From Betaproteobacteria bacterium (lineage in GTDB: Bacteria; Pseudomonadota; Gammaproteobacteria; Burkholderiales; SG8-39): a stretch of DNA of 64,000 bases. The notes beneath the pieces were generated by a model that was not told where the DNA came from, made no database searches, and saw only the letters and a list, made by a program, of their open reading frames with translations. Position 1 is the first letter of the stretch. Every line of letters begins with the position of its first letter. Made by a program: the position numbers and the translations under genes. Of the stretch, positions 9,653 to 18,793 are shown piece by piece. The stretch covers positions 84,881-148,880 of the forward strand of contig JAJDOG010000002.1 of the NCBI GenBank assembly GCA_022340285.1. Reading direction: 5' to 3'.

Positions 9653-10432
9653 TCAGCGTCCGAACTTGTCCGGATCGGGCTTGCGCTTCGCGCGAAACGC
9701 GTCGGAGAGCTCGTGCGATTCCTCGGTCTCGAGGTAGCCCCGTAGCAGCAGGTCGTGCGCCATGCGGGCGAGCCCGCCGACGCCGCCGTGGCGCGCGTTG
9801 AACGCGGCCTTGATCGATGCCAGCGCGAACGGCCCGCGCTCGGCCAGCTCGAGCGCCATCATGCGTGTTTCCTCGCGTAGACTGGCGTCGGGTACGACGC
9901 GGTTGATGAGGCCGAACGCGAGCGCTTCGCGCGCGGTAAGGCGCGGGTTGAGCATCCAGAGCTCCTTCGCCTTCTTCTTTCCGACGAGGTCTTCCAGGTA
10001 CCAGGTTCCGAAGCCCGCGTCGAAACTGCCCATCATGGGACCGACCTGGCGAAAGACGGCGCTTTCCTTGGCGATCGTCAGATCGCATACGACCTGCAGG
10101 ACATTGCCGCCGCCGACGGCGAAGCCGTTGACGGACGCGATCACGGGTTTCTGCAGCCGGTCGATCGACTCGTACATCTCGAGCGTCGGCAGGACGCCGG
10201 CATAGAGAAGGGTTTCCTCCATTCCCTCTTTTCTGCCGCCGATGCAGAAGAACTTGTCGCCTGCGCCGGTGATCACCAGCACGCGGGTACGCGTCTCGCG
10301 ACGCACGGCGTTGAGGCAGTCGCGGATCTCGTGACACATCTGCGGCGTGAACATGTTGCCGTCGTCGGGACGGTTGAGCGTGAGCCAGCCGATCGGTCCG
10401 TCCTCTTCGTACAGAATTGCTTCGTAGCTCAC
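9653..10432 (-). CDS. Crotonase-family hydrolase, BadI/MenB-like (2-ketocyclohexanecarboxyl-CoA hydrolase candidate)
   Basis: GTG at 10432 preceded by AAGGAGGA, giving 259 aa. GFAVGGGNVLQVVCDLTIA and QVGPMMGSFDAGFG match the MenB/BadI subgroup. Confidence 0.8.
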   Translation of the reverse strand: MSYEAILYEEDGPIGWLTLNRPDDGNMFTPQMCHEIRDCLNAVRRETRTRVLVITGAGDKFFCIGGRKEGMEETLLYAGVLPTLEMYESIDRLQKPVIASVNGFAVGGGNVLQVVCDLTIAKESAVFRQVGPMMGSFDAGFGTWYLEDLVGKKKAKELWMLNPRLTAREALAFGLINRVVPDASLREETRMMALELAERGPFALASIKAAFNARHGGVGGLARMAHDLLLRGYLETEESHELSDAFRAKRKPDPDKFGR

Positions 10433-10449
10433 GGTGGCGTCCTCCTTGC

Positions 10450-11082
10450 CTAGGCTTCCTGCGCCAGCAGCAACCGGAAGAGGCGCGTGGGCCGCAGCGC
10501 GCCGATTGCGGGAGCGATGCGCTCCGCTGCCGCGCTCACGGCCCGTTCGTCGTCTCCCTCCACGAGCACGAATGGCGGGGGAAGCCGATCCGGCGCCTGG
10601 CGAAACTTCGCTTCGGGGTTGGGGACTTGGGTCGACTTGGCATGCGGCAAGGCGACACGGATTCGCCCGACCGACGCCGCGGCCGCAAGGGCGTCGCGGG
10701 CGGAGTCCGCGGGCGGCCCGGCGAGCTCGAGCCAAGCGACCACGCTGCCTGGGGCGCGATGCTCGCCGAAGTCCGCAACGACCTCGCAAGCCGCGCGCGT
10801 CATGTTGCTGAAGCGCGGCATGATGGCTCGAGTGCGCGGCGTGGGATTGGCCAGCCGCTCGAGATAGGCGGGAGAGGTGAACACGTCCACGGACGTCGTG
10901 TCGTAGATCGCGGCGTAGCGCTGCGGTGCCGAGACATCGCGATAGCGGCGCGCCGTCAGGAACCCGGGCACGCCCAGCCGCTCCGGAAAGTGCTCCTCGT
11001 CGTACCAGGCGTTGAACTCGGCCTCGTCGGCCGCGGTGATGTCGTTCCACACCGTGAGCAGTCCGGGATATCGCGTCGTCAT
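10450..11082 (-). CDS. Hypothetical protein, two-domain, possibly dimeric alpha/beta-barrel-like
   Basis: ATG at 11082 preceded by GGAGGG, giving 210 aa. First gene of the minus-strand operon. It has the motif WNDITAADEAEFNAWYDEEHFPERLGVPGF. I do not recognise the family with certainty. Confidence 0.6.
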   Translation of the reverse strand: MTTRYPGLLTVWNDITAADEAEFNAWYDEEHFPERLGVPGFLTARRYRDVSAPQRYAAIYDTTSVDVFTSPAYLERLANPTPRTRAIMPRFSNMTRAACEVVADFGEHRAPGSVVAWLELAGPPADSARDALAAAASVGRIRVALPHAKSTQVPNPEAKFRQAPDRLPPPFVLVEGDDERAVSAAAERIAPAIGALRPTRLFRLLLAQEA

Positions 11083-11319
11083 GGGCCCTCCGTCCGTGTC
11101 GGTTTCCAGCCTATCATTTGTACGCGTTCGCCGGGGAATCCGGGAGCTGGCGACGGAGATTCTGCAGCGCGCAAACTCGGTGTCGAAGACGCCCGGAGGG
11201 CTTGCTTGACCGTCGGCGCACTTTCTAGCACCATGGCTCCGGATAACAAGATTCGCGCGGCCAGAGTTTTCTCGCACCCGCCCGCGCGTTCACCTATAAA
11301 GTCCACGAAGGAGGATCTC

Positions 11320-12594
11320 ATGCAAGGAATAAGGAAGCTCATCGCGTCCGCCGCCGCACTGCTGTGCGTCCCGGCGCTCGCCATCGCCCAGGATGCGCCG
11401 ATCAAGATCGGCGTGGTCTCGTTCCTCTCCGGGCCGGCCGCCGGGCCGTTCGGCGTCCCGGCGCGAAATGCCGCGGAGATCATGTTCGAGATGATCAACG
11501 CTGGCAAAGTGCCCGCGCCTTACGCGACGAAAGGTTTGGGCGGCGCGAAGATGCAGATGTCGCTGGTCGACGAGTCCGGCGGGACCACCACGCAGGTGAC
11601 CGAGTTCCGCAACCTGGTCCAGCGTGACAACGTCGACCTCGTGATCGGCTACATCTCGAGCGGCAGCTGCCTGGGTATCGCGCCGGTGGCCGAGGAACTC
11701 AAGAAGCTCACGGTGTTCTTCGATTGCGGCACGCCCCGGATCTTCGAGGAACGGGACTACAAGTACGTGTTCCGCACGGCGTCGACCGCCACGATGGACA
11801 GCGTGGGCGCAGCGCTGTACGTGAAGGATCTCAAGCCCAACGCGAAGATGATCGCGGGCGTGAACCAGAACTACGCCTGGGGCCAGGATTCCTGGGGCGA
11901 TTTCGAGCTGGCCATGCAGCAGATCATCCCTGGCATCAAGGTGGCGACCTCGCAGATGCCGAAGCTCTTCGCGGGCCAGTACAACGCGGAGATCTCGACG
12001 CTACTGAGCTCGAAGGCCGATGTCATCCACTCGAGCTTCTGGGACGGTGACCTCGAGGCGTTCATCCTTCAGGCGGGACCGCGGGGACTCTTCAAGCGCA
12101 GCACGGTGATCCTCACGACCGGCGAGACGGCGATGTACAAGCTGGCCGCCAAGATTCCCGATGGCGTGGTGATCGGCGCGCGCGGCCCGTACGGCCCGTA
12201 TGCCCCCGACAACGAGCTCAACAAGTGGTTCTCCGCGACGTTCGAGGACCGCTATGGCGTCCCGCCGAACTACGCCGCCTACCAGATGGCGCAGGCGATC
12301 CTCGGTACCAAGGCCGCCTGGGAAAAAGCACAGGCCGCGAATGGCGGCAAGCGTCCGAGCCAAGACCAGGTCATCGCCGCCTTCGAGAACCTTACGTTCG
12401 TCAGCCCGGCAGGCGAAGTGAAGATGACGAACGGCAAGGGCCACCAGGCGATCACCGGGACCGCCTACGGCGTGACCAAGAAGGTGGGCGGCAAGATGAC
12501 GATCGACAAGATCAAGCGCTATCCGGCGGAGAAGGTGAACCCGCCCGACGGCGTGAAGGCCGCCGACTGGATCAAGAGCGGATTCAAGAAGTAG
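11320..12594 (+). CDS. ABC transporter substrate-binding protein (Liv/branched-chain type fold)
   Basis: ATG at 11320 preceded by GAAGGAGGA. Signal peptide MQGIRKLIASAAALLCVPALAIAQ followed by PIKIGVVSFLSGPAAG. Confidence 0.9.
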   Translation: MQGIRKLIASAAALLCVPALAIAQDAPIKIGVVSFLSGPAAGPFGVPARNAAEIMFEMINAGKVPAPYATKGLGGAKMQMSLVDESGGTTTQVTEFRNLVQRDNVDLVIGYISSGSCLGIAPVAEELKKLTVFFDCGTPRIFEERDYKYVFRTASTATMDSVGAALYVKDLKPNAKMIAGVNQNYAWGQDSWGDFELAMQQIIPGIKVATSQMPKLFAGQYNAEISTLLSSKADVIHSSFWDGDLEAFILQAGPRGLFKRSTVILTTGETAMYKLAAKIPDGVVIGARGPYGPYAPDNELNKWFSATFEDRYGVPPNYAAYQMAQAILGTKAAWEKAQAANGGKRPSQDQVIAAFENLTFVSPAGEVKMTNGKGHQAITGTAYGVTKKVGGKMTIDKIKRYPAEKVNPPDGVKAADWIKSGFKK

Positions 12595-12609
12595 ACTCTC
12601 AGCTTGACG

Positions 12610-12640
12610 GACGGCTGCCTCCCGGCAGCCGTCTTTTCGT
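12610..12640 (+). terminator. Intrinsic terminator/attenuator between the binding-protein and permease genes
   Basis: Perfect 10-bp stem GACGGCTGCC/GGCAGCCGTC with loop TCCC, followed by TTTTCGTTT. Confidence 0.7.
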
Positions 12641-12652
12641 TTCCCCGAGCGC

Positions 12653-13549
12653 GTGCAGGAACTCGTAGCGGTCGTCATCGACGGCATCATCTACTCGGCC
12701 TGGCTGTTCATCGCGGCGGTCGGACTGACGCTCATCTATGGCGTCATGAAGATCATCAACGTGACGCACGGCAGCTTCTACGCGCTCGGCGCGTATGCCG
12801 CGGCATCGATCACCGGCGCGCTCCTGGCCCACGGCATGCCGCCGATGCTGTCCTATGCGGTGCTGCTCGGATCGGCGCTGCTGGTTGCGATCGTGGTCGG
12901 TCCACTCATCGAGCGCGGCATCCTGCGCTTCATGTACGTCAAGGACGAGGTGGTGATCCTGCTGATCACCTACGCGCTCTTCCTGATCCTCGAAGACGTC
13001 ATCAAGCTGATCTGGGGTGTCGACCCGTACTACATTTCAGAGCCCTACGGGCTGCTGGGCAGTTTCGACGTCGCCGACCTGACCTACCCGACGTACAACC
13101 TGATCCTGGTCGGCGTGGCGATCGTGTGCGGTGCGGGGCTCGCCTGGACGCTGACCAAGACCCGCACCGGCAAGCTCCTGGTCGCCGTAATCCACGACAC
13201 CGAAGTGAGCCGGGCGATGGGAATCAACGTCGACCGCTTCTACGTCGTGACGTTCACGTTCGGCTCGCTGCTGGCGGCGATCGGTGGCGCGTTTACTGCG
13301 CCCACCGTTTCAGTGGTGCCGGGGCTGGGCGTCGAGGTGATCGTGCTGTCGTTCGCGGTGGTGGTGATCGGCGGCCTCGGCAGCCTGCCCGGCGCGGCGC
13401 TGGGTGCGGTCATTGTGGGACTCGTCCGTTCCGCGACCATCCACTATCTGCCGCAGGCGGAGCTCTTCGTCATCTATTTCGTGATGGCCATGGTCCTCGC
13501 GTTTCGTCCGCGCGGCCTCTTCAGCATCGCCGAGGCGAGAAAGATATGA
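12653..13549 (+). CDS. Branched-chain-type ABC transporter permease (LivH-like)
   Basis: 298 aa, multi-TM, with LIYGVMKIINVTHGSFYALGAY typical of LivH. Confidence 0.9.
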   Translation: MQELVAVVIDGIIYSAWLFIAAVGLTLIYGVMKIINVTHGSFYALGAYAAASITGALLAHGMPPMLSYAVLLGSALLVAIVVGPLIERGILRFMYVKDEVVILLITYALFLILEDVIKLIWGVDPYYISEPYGLLGSFDVADLTYPTYNLILVGVAIVCGAGLAWTLTKTRTGKLLVAVIHDTEVSRAMGINVDRFYVVTFTFGSLLAAIGGAFTAPTVSVVPGLGVEVIVLSFAVVVIGGLGSLPGAALGAVIVGLVRSATIHYLPQAELFVIYFVMAMVLAFRPRGLFSIAEARKI

Positions 13550-14481
13550 CCTCCGACCGCACCCCGCGGATTCTCGGCGCGATTCTCGTCGTCCTGCTCG
13601 CAGCGGGGCCGTTCGTGCCGCAGTGGGCAATCTTCCTGATCACCATCGCCCTTGCCAAGGGCCTGGTCGTGCTTGGCCTGTTGATCCTGTTGCGTTGTGG
13701 GTTGGTGTCGTTCGGCCAGGCGCTCTACTACTGCATCGGTGCCTATACGGCCGGTATGCTCGGGCGCCTATTCGAAGTGGACGGCGTGCTGACGCTGATG
13801 CTGGCGGGCATGGTCGTCGCGGCGGTGACCGCGTACGTCCTCGGGTTCCTGCTCGCGCGCTACCGCGGAATCTTCTTCGGGCTTTTGAGTCTGGCTGTTT
13901 CGATGATCCTCTACGGCCTGCTCGTCAAGAGCGAGACGCTCGGCTCGAGCGATGGCTTCAACGTTCTCCCCTCGACGCTTTTCGGTATTCGTCCGGCGGA
14001 CGAGTGGGTGCGCTATGCGGTGCTTGTGGTGGCGAGCGTGGTCGCCTTCGTCGCGGCGCTGCTGGTGCATCGCTACCTCAAGACACCCCTCGGCAGCCTG
14101 GCCCCGGCGATCAAGGACAACGAGATCCGCGTCGAGTACATGGGCGCTTCGGCGCGTTACGCGATCCATGTCAACTACGTCATCGCCGCCGCGCTCGCAG
14201 GACTGGGCGGCGGTTTGGCGGCCACGACGGTCGGGCACATCGATCCCGAGATGGCCTACTGGACGACCTCCGGCGAGTTCATCTTCATCACGATCCTTGC
14301 CGGCACCGGCAGCGTGATCGCGCCGTTCCTCGGGGCGTTGATCTTCGGAATCATCCAGACCGTGGCGTTCGACATCTCGCCCAACACCTGGCAGATGGTG
14401 CTGGGCGGTGCGCTGCTCGCGGTGATCGTGTTCCTGCCGACCGGGCTTTGGTCGCTGTTCCGTCGGCGCAGGGCCACCTAG
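13546..14481 (+). CDS. Branched-chain-type ABC transporter permease (LivM-like)
   Basis: ATG at 13546 overlaps the previous stop (ATGA). 311 aa with LVSFGQALYYCIGAYTAG. Confidence 0.9.
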   Translation: MTSDRTPRILGAILVVLLAAGPFVPQWAIFLITIALAKGLVVLGLLILLRCGLVSFGQALYYCIGAYTAGMLGRLFEVDGVLTLMLAGMVVAAVTAYVLGFLLARYRGIFFGLLSLAVSMILYGLLVKSETLGSSDGFNVLPSTLFGIRPADEWVRYAVLVVASVVAFVAALLVHRYLKTPLGSLAPAIKDNEIRVEYMGASARYAIHVNYVIAAALAGLGGGLAATTVGHIDPEMAYWTTSGEFIFITILAGTGSVIAPFLGALIFGIIQTVAFDISPNTWQMVLGGALLAVIVFLPTGLWSLFRRRRAT

Positions 14482-15291
14482 ATGGCCGCCATCCTCGACG
14501 CGAAGGGACTCAACAAGAGCTTCGGCGCGGTCACCGCGGCGAGCGACATCAATGCCGCGATCGAGCAGGATTCCGTGGTCGGCCTGATCGGGACGAACGG
14601 CGCGGGCAAGACCACGTTCATCAACATGATTACGGGCTACCTGAAGCCCGATCGCGGCCGCATTCACTATGAAGGCCGCGACATCACCGATCTCGCGCCG
14701 CGTGACATCACGCGCATCGGCATCTGCCGCTCGTTCCAGATTCCCCAGCTCTACAGCTCGCTTACCGCGTACGAGAACATGCTGATGGGCCTCGGCGTGG
14801 TGATGCGCAACGCCGGCGTGGGTGGATTCTTCTCGCGCGGGCGACCGAACGTCCCGGGGCACGGTCGGCCGGCGGAGGAAGTTGCCGACGCGATCCTCGA
14901 GCGCTTCGGCCTCGTCGAGTACCGCGACAAGAACGCGCAGGTGCTGCCCGGGGGCGTGCGCAAGCTGCTCGACATCGCGCTGACGATGGCCGCCAAGCCC
15001 AAAATTCTGCTGCTCGACGAGCCCACCAGCGGCGTGTCGGCCGAAGAGAAGTTCGTCATCATGGAAATGATCATGAAGGCGGTGCGTGCCGAGGGCGCAA
15101 CCGTGCTGTTCGTCGAGCACGATATGGAGGTGGTGAGCCGCTTCGCCCAGCGGGTGCTGGCCTTCTACGACGGGCGCATCATCGCCGACGGATCGCCCGA
15201 CACGGTGCTGAGCGACCGTGAGGTCAAGCGGTTCGTGGTGGGCGGCGAGCTCCATCGGCTCGACGAGAAGCAGGGTGCGGCGAATGCTTAA
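14482..15291 (+). CDS. ABC transporter ATP-binding protein (LivG-like)
   Basis: Walker A GTNGAGKTT, LPGGVRKLLDIAL and Walker B LLLDEPTSGV. Confidence 0.95.
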   Translation: MAAILDAKGLNKSFGAVTAASDINAAIEQDSVVGLIGTNGAGKTTFINMITGYLKPDRGRIHYEGRDITDLAPRDITRIGICRSFQIPQLYSSLTAYENMLMGLGVVMRNAGVGGFFSRGRPNVPGHGRPAEEVADAILERFGLVEYRDKNAQVLPGGVRKLLDIALTMAAKPKILLLDEPTSGVSAEEKFVIMEMIMKAVRAEGATVLFVEHDMEVVSRFAQRVLAFYDGRIIADGSPDTVLSDREVKRFVVGGELHRLDEKQGAANA

Positions 15292-15931
15292 GATCGAGAA
15301 CGTCGACGTTTCGATCCAGGCAGTGCAGATCCTGCGCAGCGTCTCGTTCGAATTGCCCACCGGCAACATGGCCGGCCTGATCGGGCGCAACGGGGCCGGC
15401 AAGACCACTCTCATGAAGAGCATCATGGGGTTGCTCAAAGTGTCGAGCGGCATCGTCAAGTTCGACGACAGCGATCTGCTCGCGACGCCCATCCACATGC
15501 GCGCAAGAATGGGAATCGGATATATGCCGGAGGATCGGCGGCTGATTCCCGACCTCACCGTGGAGGAGAACCTGTTGCTGCCGGCTTGGGCGGCGAAGCT
15601 GCCCGATGCCGCCGCCCGCCTCGAGAAGGTGTATCACCTCATTCCGGAGATCCGCGGCTTTGCGCCGCGCAAGGGCCTGCAGATCTCGGGAGGTCAGCAG
15701 AAGCTGGTGGCGATCGGACGTGCGCTGATGTGCGGTGACAAGCTGCTCTTGCTCGACGAGCCCTTCGAGGGCGTGGCGCCGGCACTCGCGCACCGCCTGG
15801 TCGAGGTGGTGGGCAACCTCAAGAAGGAAGGCATGTCGATGATTCTCTCGGAATCGGACCTGCAGCATTCGGAGCGCATGGCGGATCGCGTCATCGTCAT
15901 CGATCGCGGCGTGGTCACCACGAGGAGTTGA
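15284..15931 (+). CDS. ABC transporter ATP-binding protein (LivF-like)
   Basis: ATG at 15284 (MLKIENV..). It has GRNGAGKTT, ISGGQQKLVAIGRAL and LLLDEPFEGVAP. Confidence 0.95.
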   Translation: MLKIENVDVSIQAVQILRSVSFELPTGNMAGLIGRNGAGKTTLMKSIMGLLKVSSGIVKFDDSDLLATPIHMRARMGIGYMPEDRRLIPDLTVEENLLLPAWAAKLPDAAARLEKVYHLIPEIRGFAPRKGLQISGGQQKLVAIGRALMCGDKLLLLDEPFEGVAPALAHRLVEVVGNLKKEGMSMILSESDLQHSERMADRVIVIDRGVVTTRS

Positions 15932-15936
15932 GAACC

Positions 15937-16251
15937 ATGATCGTCGAGGAGCGCATCTACACCCTGCAGCCGGGAAAGGTTCCGGAGATGGTCCGCCTGT
16001 ACGGCGAGGAAGGCCTTCCGCTCCAGCAGCGTCACCTGGGGAAATTCATCGGCTACTTCACGACCGAGAGCGGCAACCTGAACCAGGTCGTCTTCATGTG
16101 GGGCTTCGACAGTCTCGACGACCGGGCCGCGCGTCGCGCGCGCATGGCACAGGACCCCGAGTGGCAGCGCTATCTGGCGAGGGTCGTGCCGCTTCTCGTG
16201 AGCCAGGAAAACCGGATACTCACCCCTGCCTCTTTCTCGCCCATTCGATAG
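15937..16251 (+). CDS. NIPSNAP-family protein
   Basis: ATG at 15937 with AGGAG about 10 nt upstream. MIVEERIYTLQPGKVPEMVRLY..NQVVFMWGFDSLDDR is NIPSNAP-like. Confidence 0.75.
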   Translation: MIVEERIYTLQPGKVPEMVRLYGEEGLPLQQRHLGKFIGYFTTESGNLNQVVFMWGFDSLDDRAARRARMAQDPEWQRYLARVVPLLVSQENRILTPASFSPIR

Positions 16252-16282
16252 CTCGCGAACTGGCCAGGTTCTTCAGGCGAAA

Positions 16283-16343
16283 AGGCGGAACGTAACGTAC
16301 AGGAGGAAACCGGCTGGTTTCCTCCCGTAACCTTCCTTCCCGC
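16283..16343. repeat. Solo copy of the SD/anti-SD hairpin repeat (same family as the array at 37729..37890)
   Basis: GGAACGTAACGTACAGGAGGAAACCGGCTGGTTTCCTCCCGTAACCTTCCTTCCCG aligns with unit 3 of the 37.8-kb array. 10-bp stem GGAGGAAACC/GGTTTCCTCC. It lies between convergent genes. Confidence 0.8.
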
Positions 16344-16357
16344 TAAAGAACGCGCTT

Positions 16358-17173
16358 CTAGAGCACCGCGAGGCTCGCATTCTTCACGTCTGTGACGACC
16401 ATGTGGCCGGGGGTGTGCGTGATGCAGAGGGGCGGGCGGGCGTTGCGGACCACCGACTGCGGCGTGACACCGCAGGCCCAGAACACGGGAAGCTCGTCTT
16501 CGCGCACCTCGGTCGGGTCTCCCACCCAGGGGCGGTTGATGTCCTCGATGCCGATGAGCTCCGGCTTGCCGATATGCACCGGCGCGCCGTGCACGGTGGG
16601 GAAGCGAGTGGTGATCTGAACGGCCCGGATGGCGCCGGCGGGCGTGAACGGGCGCATCGAAACGACCATCTTGCCGTGAAAGCGCCCGGCCGGGGCCGTG
16701 TCGATATTGGTGAGGAACATCGGCACGTTCTTGCCCTGTTCGACATAGCGCAAGGGGAGACCTGCCTCCATCAGCGCCTCCTCGAACGAGAACGAACAGC
16801 CGAGCACGAAGGCGACGAGGTCGTCACGCCACAGATGCCGGATGTCGGTCACGTCCTCGACGAACTCACCGTCACGGAAGACCCGGTAGCGCGGCACGTC
16901 GGTGCGTATGTCGAAGTCCTCGGCGAGCGCGGGGAGACGCGGATCGCCCGGGTCCGTGGCGCCCAGCAGCGGACAGGGCCTCGGATTCCGCTGGCAGTAC
17001 ACGAAGAAGTCGTCGGCAAAGTCCCTGGGCAGGATGCAGACGTTTCCCTGCACGTACCCGGGCGCGAGTCCGGCCGTGTGCCCGGCGTGCGCACCGGTTC
17101 GCACCGCCCGGCGCACCGCACGCGGGTCACTGCGGTCGAAGGATGGGGTGGCGACGGCGCTTGCTATGGCCAT
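16358..17173 (-). CDS. Putative hydro-lyase, DUF1445/UPF0317 family
   Basis: ATG at 17173 gives 271 aa. ..[32 protein letters not shown].. and ..[10 protein letters not shown].. are typical of the UPF0317 family. Confidence 0.8.
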   Translation of the reverse strand: MAIASAVATPSFDRSDPRAVRRAVRTGAHAGHTAGLAPGYVQGNVCILPRDFADDFFVYCQRNPRPCPLLGATDPGDPRLPALAEDFDIRTDVPRYRVFRDGEFVEDVTDIRHLWRDDLVAFVLGCSFSFEEALMEAGLPLRYVEQGKNVPMFLTNIDTAPAGRFHGKMVVSMRPFTPAGAIRAVQITTRFPTVHGAPVHIGKPELIGIEDINRPWVGDPTEVREDELPVFWACGVTPQSVVRNARPPLCITHTPGHMVVTDVKNASLAVL

Positions 17174-17304
17174 GAGCGGCTCCACGCGTGGACGAACGCA
17201 ATCTTGCGGCCGTGGGACGGCATCGTCAACCTGCGCCTCGCCCGCCGGGCAATCGGCGGGCAATCACGATGCCGTAGACTATCGGGCGTAAGGCTTCTTG
17301 AACG

Positions 17305-17856
17305 ATGGCGATCGAATCCATCCCGAATGACGACGCGACCGGCCTGATCCTGCGTGCGGTGGCGTTCGCTGCACACAAGCATCGCGATCAGCGGCGCAAG
17401 GACAAGCAGGCTTCACCGTATATCAACCATCCGATTTCGCTCGCGAAGGTGCTGTGGGAAGAGGGCGGAGTGCGCGACCCGGCCGTGATTGCAACCGCGT
17501 TGCTGCATGATACGCTCGAAGACACGGAGACGAGCTGGCAGGAGCTGCGAGGGGAGTTCGGTGACGAGATTGCGGACCTCGTCGCGGAGGTCAGCGACGT
17601 GAAGTGGTTGAAGAGCGATGCGCGCAAGCGCCTCCAGGTCTCGCGCGCGGCGCATTCCACCGACCGGGCGAAGCTCGTGAAGCTGGCGGACAAGATCTGC
17701 AATCTGCGCGATATGGCCGCACATCCGCCGCACGGGTGGTCGCTCGAGCGGCGGCGCAAGTATTTCGACTGGGCGAGCGAGGTGATCGACCAGCTGCGGG
17801 GGGTACACCCCGAGCTCGAGCGGCGCTTCGACGAAGTTTCCGTTCTGCGTCCTTAG
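17305..17856 (+). CDS. HD-domain (p)ppGpp hydrolase-like protein (Mesh1/small alarmone hydrolase type)
   Basis: 183 aa with AHKHRDQRRKD..PYINHP and the HD motif LLHDTLEDT. There is no synthetase domain. Confidence 0.8.
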   Translation: MAIESIPNDDATGLILRAVAFAAHKHRDQRRKDKQASPYINHPISLAKVLWEEGGVRDPAVIATALLHDTLEDTETSWQELRGEFGDEIADLVAEVSDVKWLKSDARKRLQVSRAAHSTDRAKLVKLADKICNLRDMAAHPPHGWSLERRRKYFDWASEVIDQLRGVHPELERRFDEVSVLRP

Positions 17857-17919
17857 GCCGGGGACGTAGAATCTGCACGAGCGAATCGCTCCGGTCGCTT
17901 CAAACAGGGAGGTACACGT

Positions 17920-18645
17920 ATGCGCTACGAATTTTACTACTGGCCCTCGATTCAGGGCCGCGGCGAATTCGTCCGACTGGCTCTGGAAGCAGGGGGCGCG
18001 GATTACATCGACATCGCGCGCATGCCGGGCAAGAGCCGCGGCATGACCGGGCTCATGCGCTATCTCGAGGGCAAGGGCGTGAAGCGGCCTCCGTTCGCGC
18101 CGCCGTACCTCAAGGCGGGGAAGCTGGTGATCGGGCAGTCTGCCAACATCCTGCTCTACCTCGGCCCGCGGCTCGGGCTCGCGCCCCGCGGCGAAGCCGA
18201 CCGGCTCTGGGTTCATCAGCTGCAGCTCACGATCGGCGATTTCGTCGACGAGGCGCACGACGTTCATCATCCCATCGGTGCCAACCTCTATTACGAGGAA
18301 CAGAAGCGCGAGGCGAAGCGGCGCGCCGAGGTTTTCATCCGCCTGCGGATCCCGAAGTTCCTTGGCTATTTCGAGCGGGTGCTCGAACGGAACCGGTCAA
18401 GCGGCGGGTTCATGGCGGGCGGGCGAATGACGTACGGGGATCTTTCGATGTTCCAGGTCATCGCCGGATTGCGCTACGCGTTCCCGCGCACGATGTCGCG
18501 CAGGGGCCATCGCTACCCGAAGCTGATGGCGCTCCACGATCGCGTCGCCGGGCGCTCGAGGGTGGCGGCCTATCTGCGTTCCGAGCGGCGCATCCCATTC
18601 AACGAGCACGGGTTGTTCAGACACTACCCCGAGCTCGACGGCTAG
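17920..18645 (+). CDS. Glutathione S-transferase family protein
   Basis: 241 aa. The N-terminal YYWPSIQGRGEFVRLALE is thioredoxin-like, followed by an alpha-helical C-domain. Confidence 0.75.
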   Translation: MRYEFYYWPSIQGRGEFVRLALEAGGADYIDIARMPGKSRGMTGLMRYLEGKGVKRPPFAPPYLKAGKLVIGQSANILLYLGPRLGLAPRGEADRLWVHQLQLTIGDFVDEAHDVHHPIGANLYYEEQKREAKRRAEVFIRLRIPKFLGYFERVLERNRSSGGFMAGGRMTYGDLSMFQVIAGLRYAFPRTMSRRGHRYPKLMALHDRVAGRSRVAAYLRSERRIPFNEHGLFRHYPELDG

Positions 18646-18793
18646 CGGCTGTGCGATTCGTCCTTTCCGGCCTGTGGGTTCCGGCGGCGCCGGAGGGGTC
18701 TGGGAAGGCAGGGGGCTTGCTGAATCGAGTCACCGCGACACTCGCGCCGCGTCCCTGAACGGTCTGCCCGCGCTCACTTTTGCGCCGCACAAC

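Noticed and set aside
13768-15558. Long alternative-frame or antisense ORFs, e.g. 13768..15558 (-), 20110..22116 (-), 34014..35771 (+), 44116..45864 (+), and the N-terminal 340 aa of 4117..6264 (-).
   Set aside because: Each overlaps a gene with strong family motifs in another frame or strand. Their translations are low-complexity Arg/Pro/Gly/Ala strings with no ribosome-binding site.
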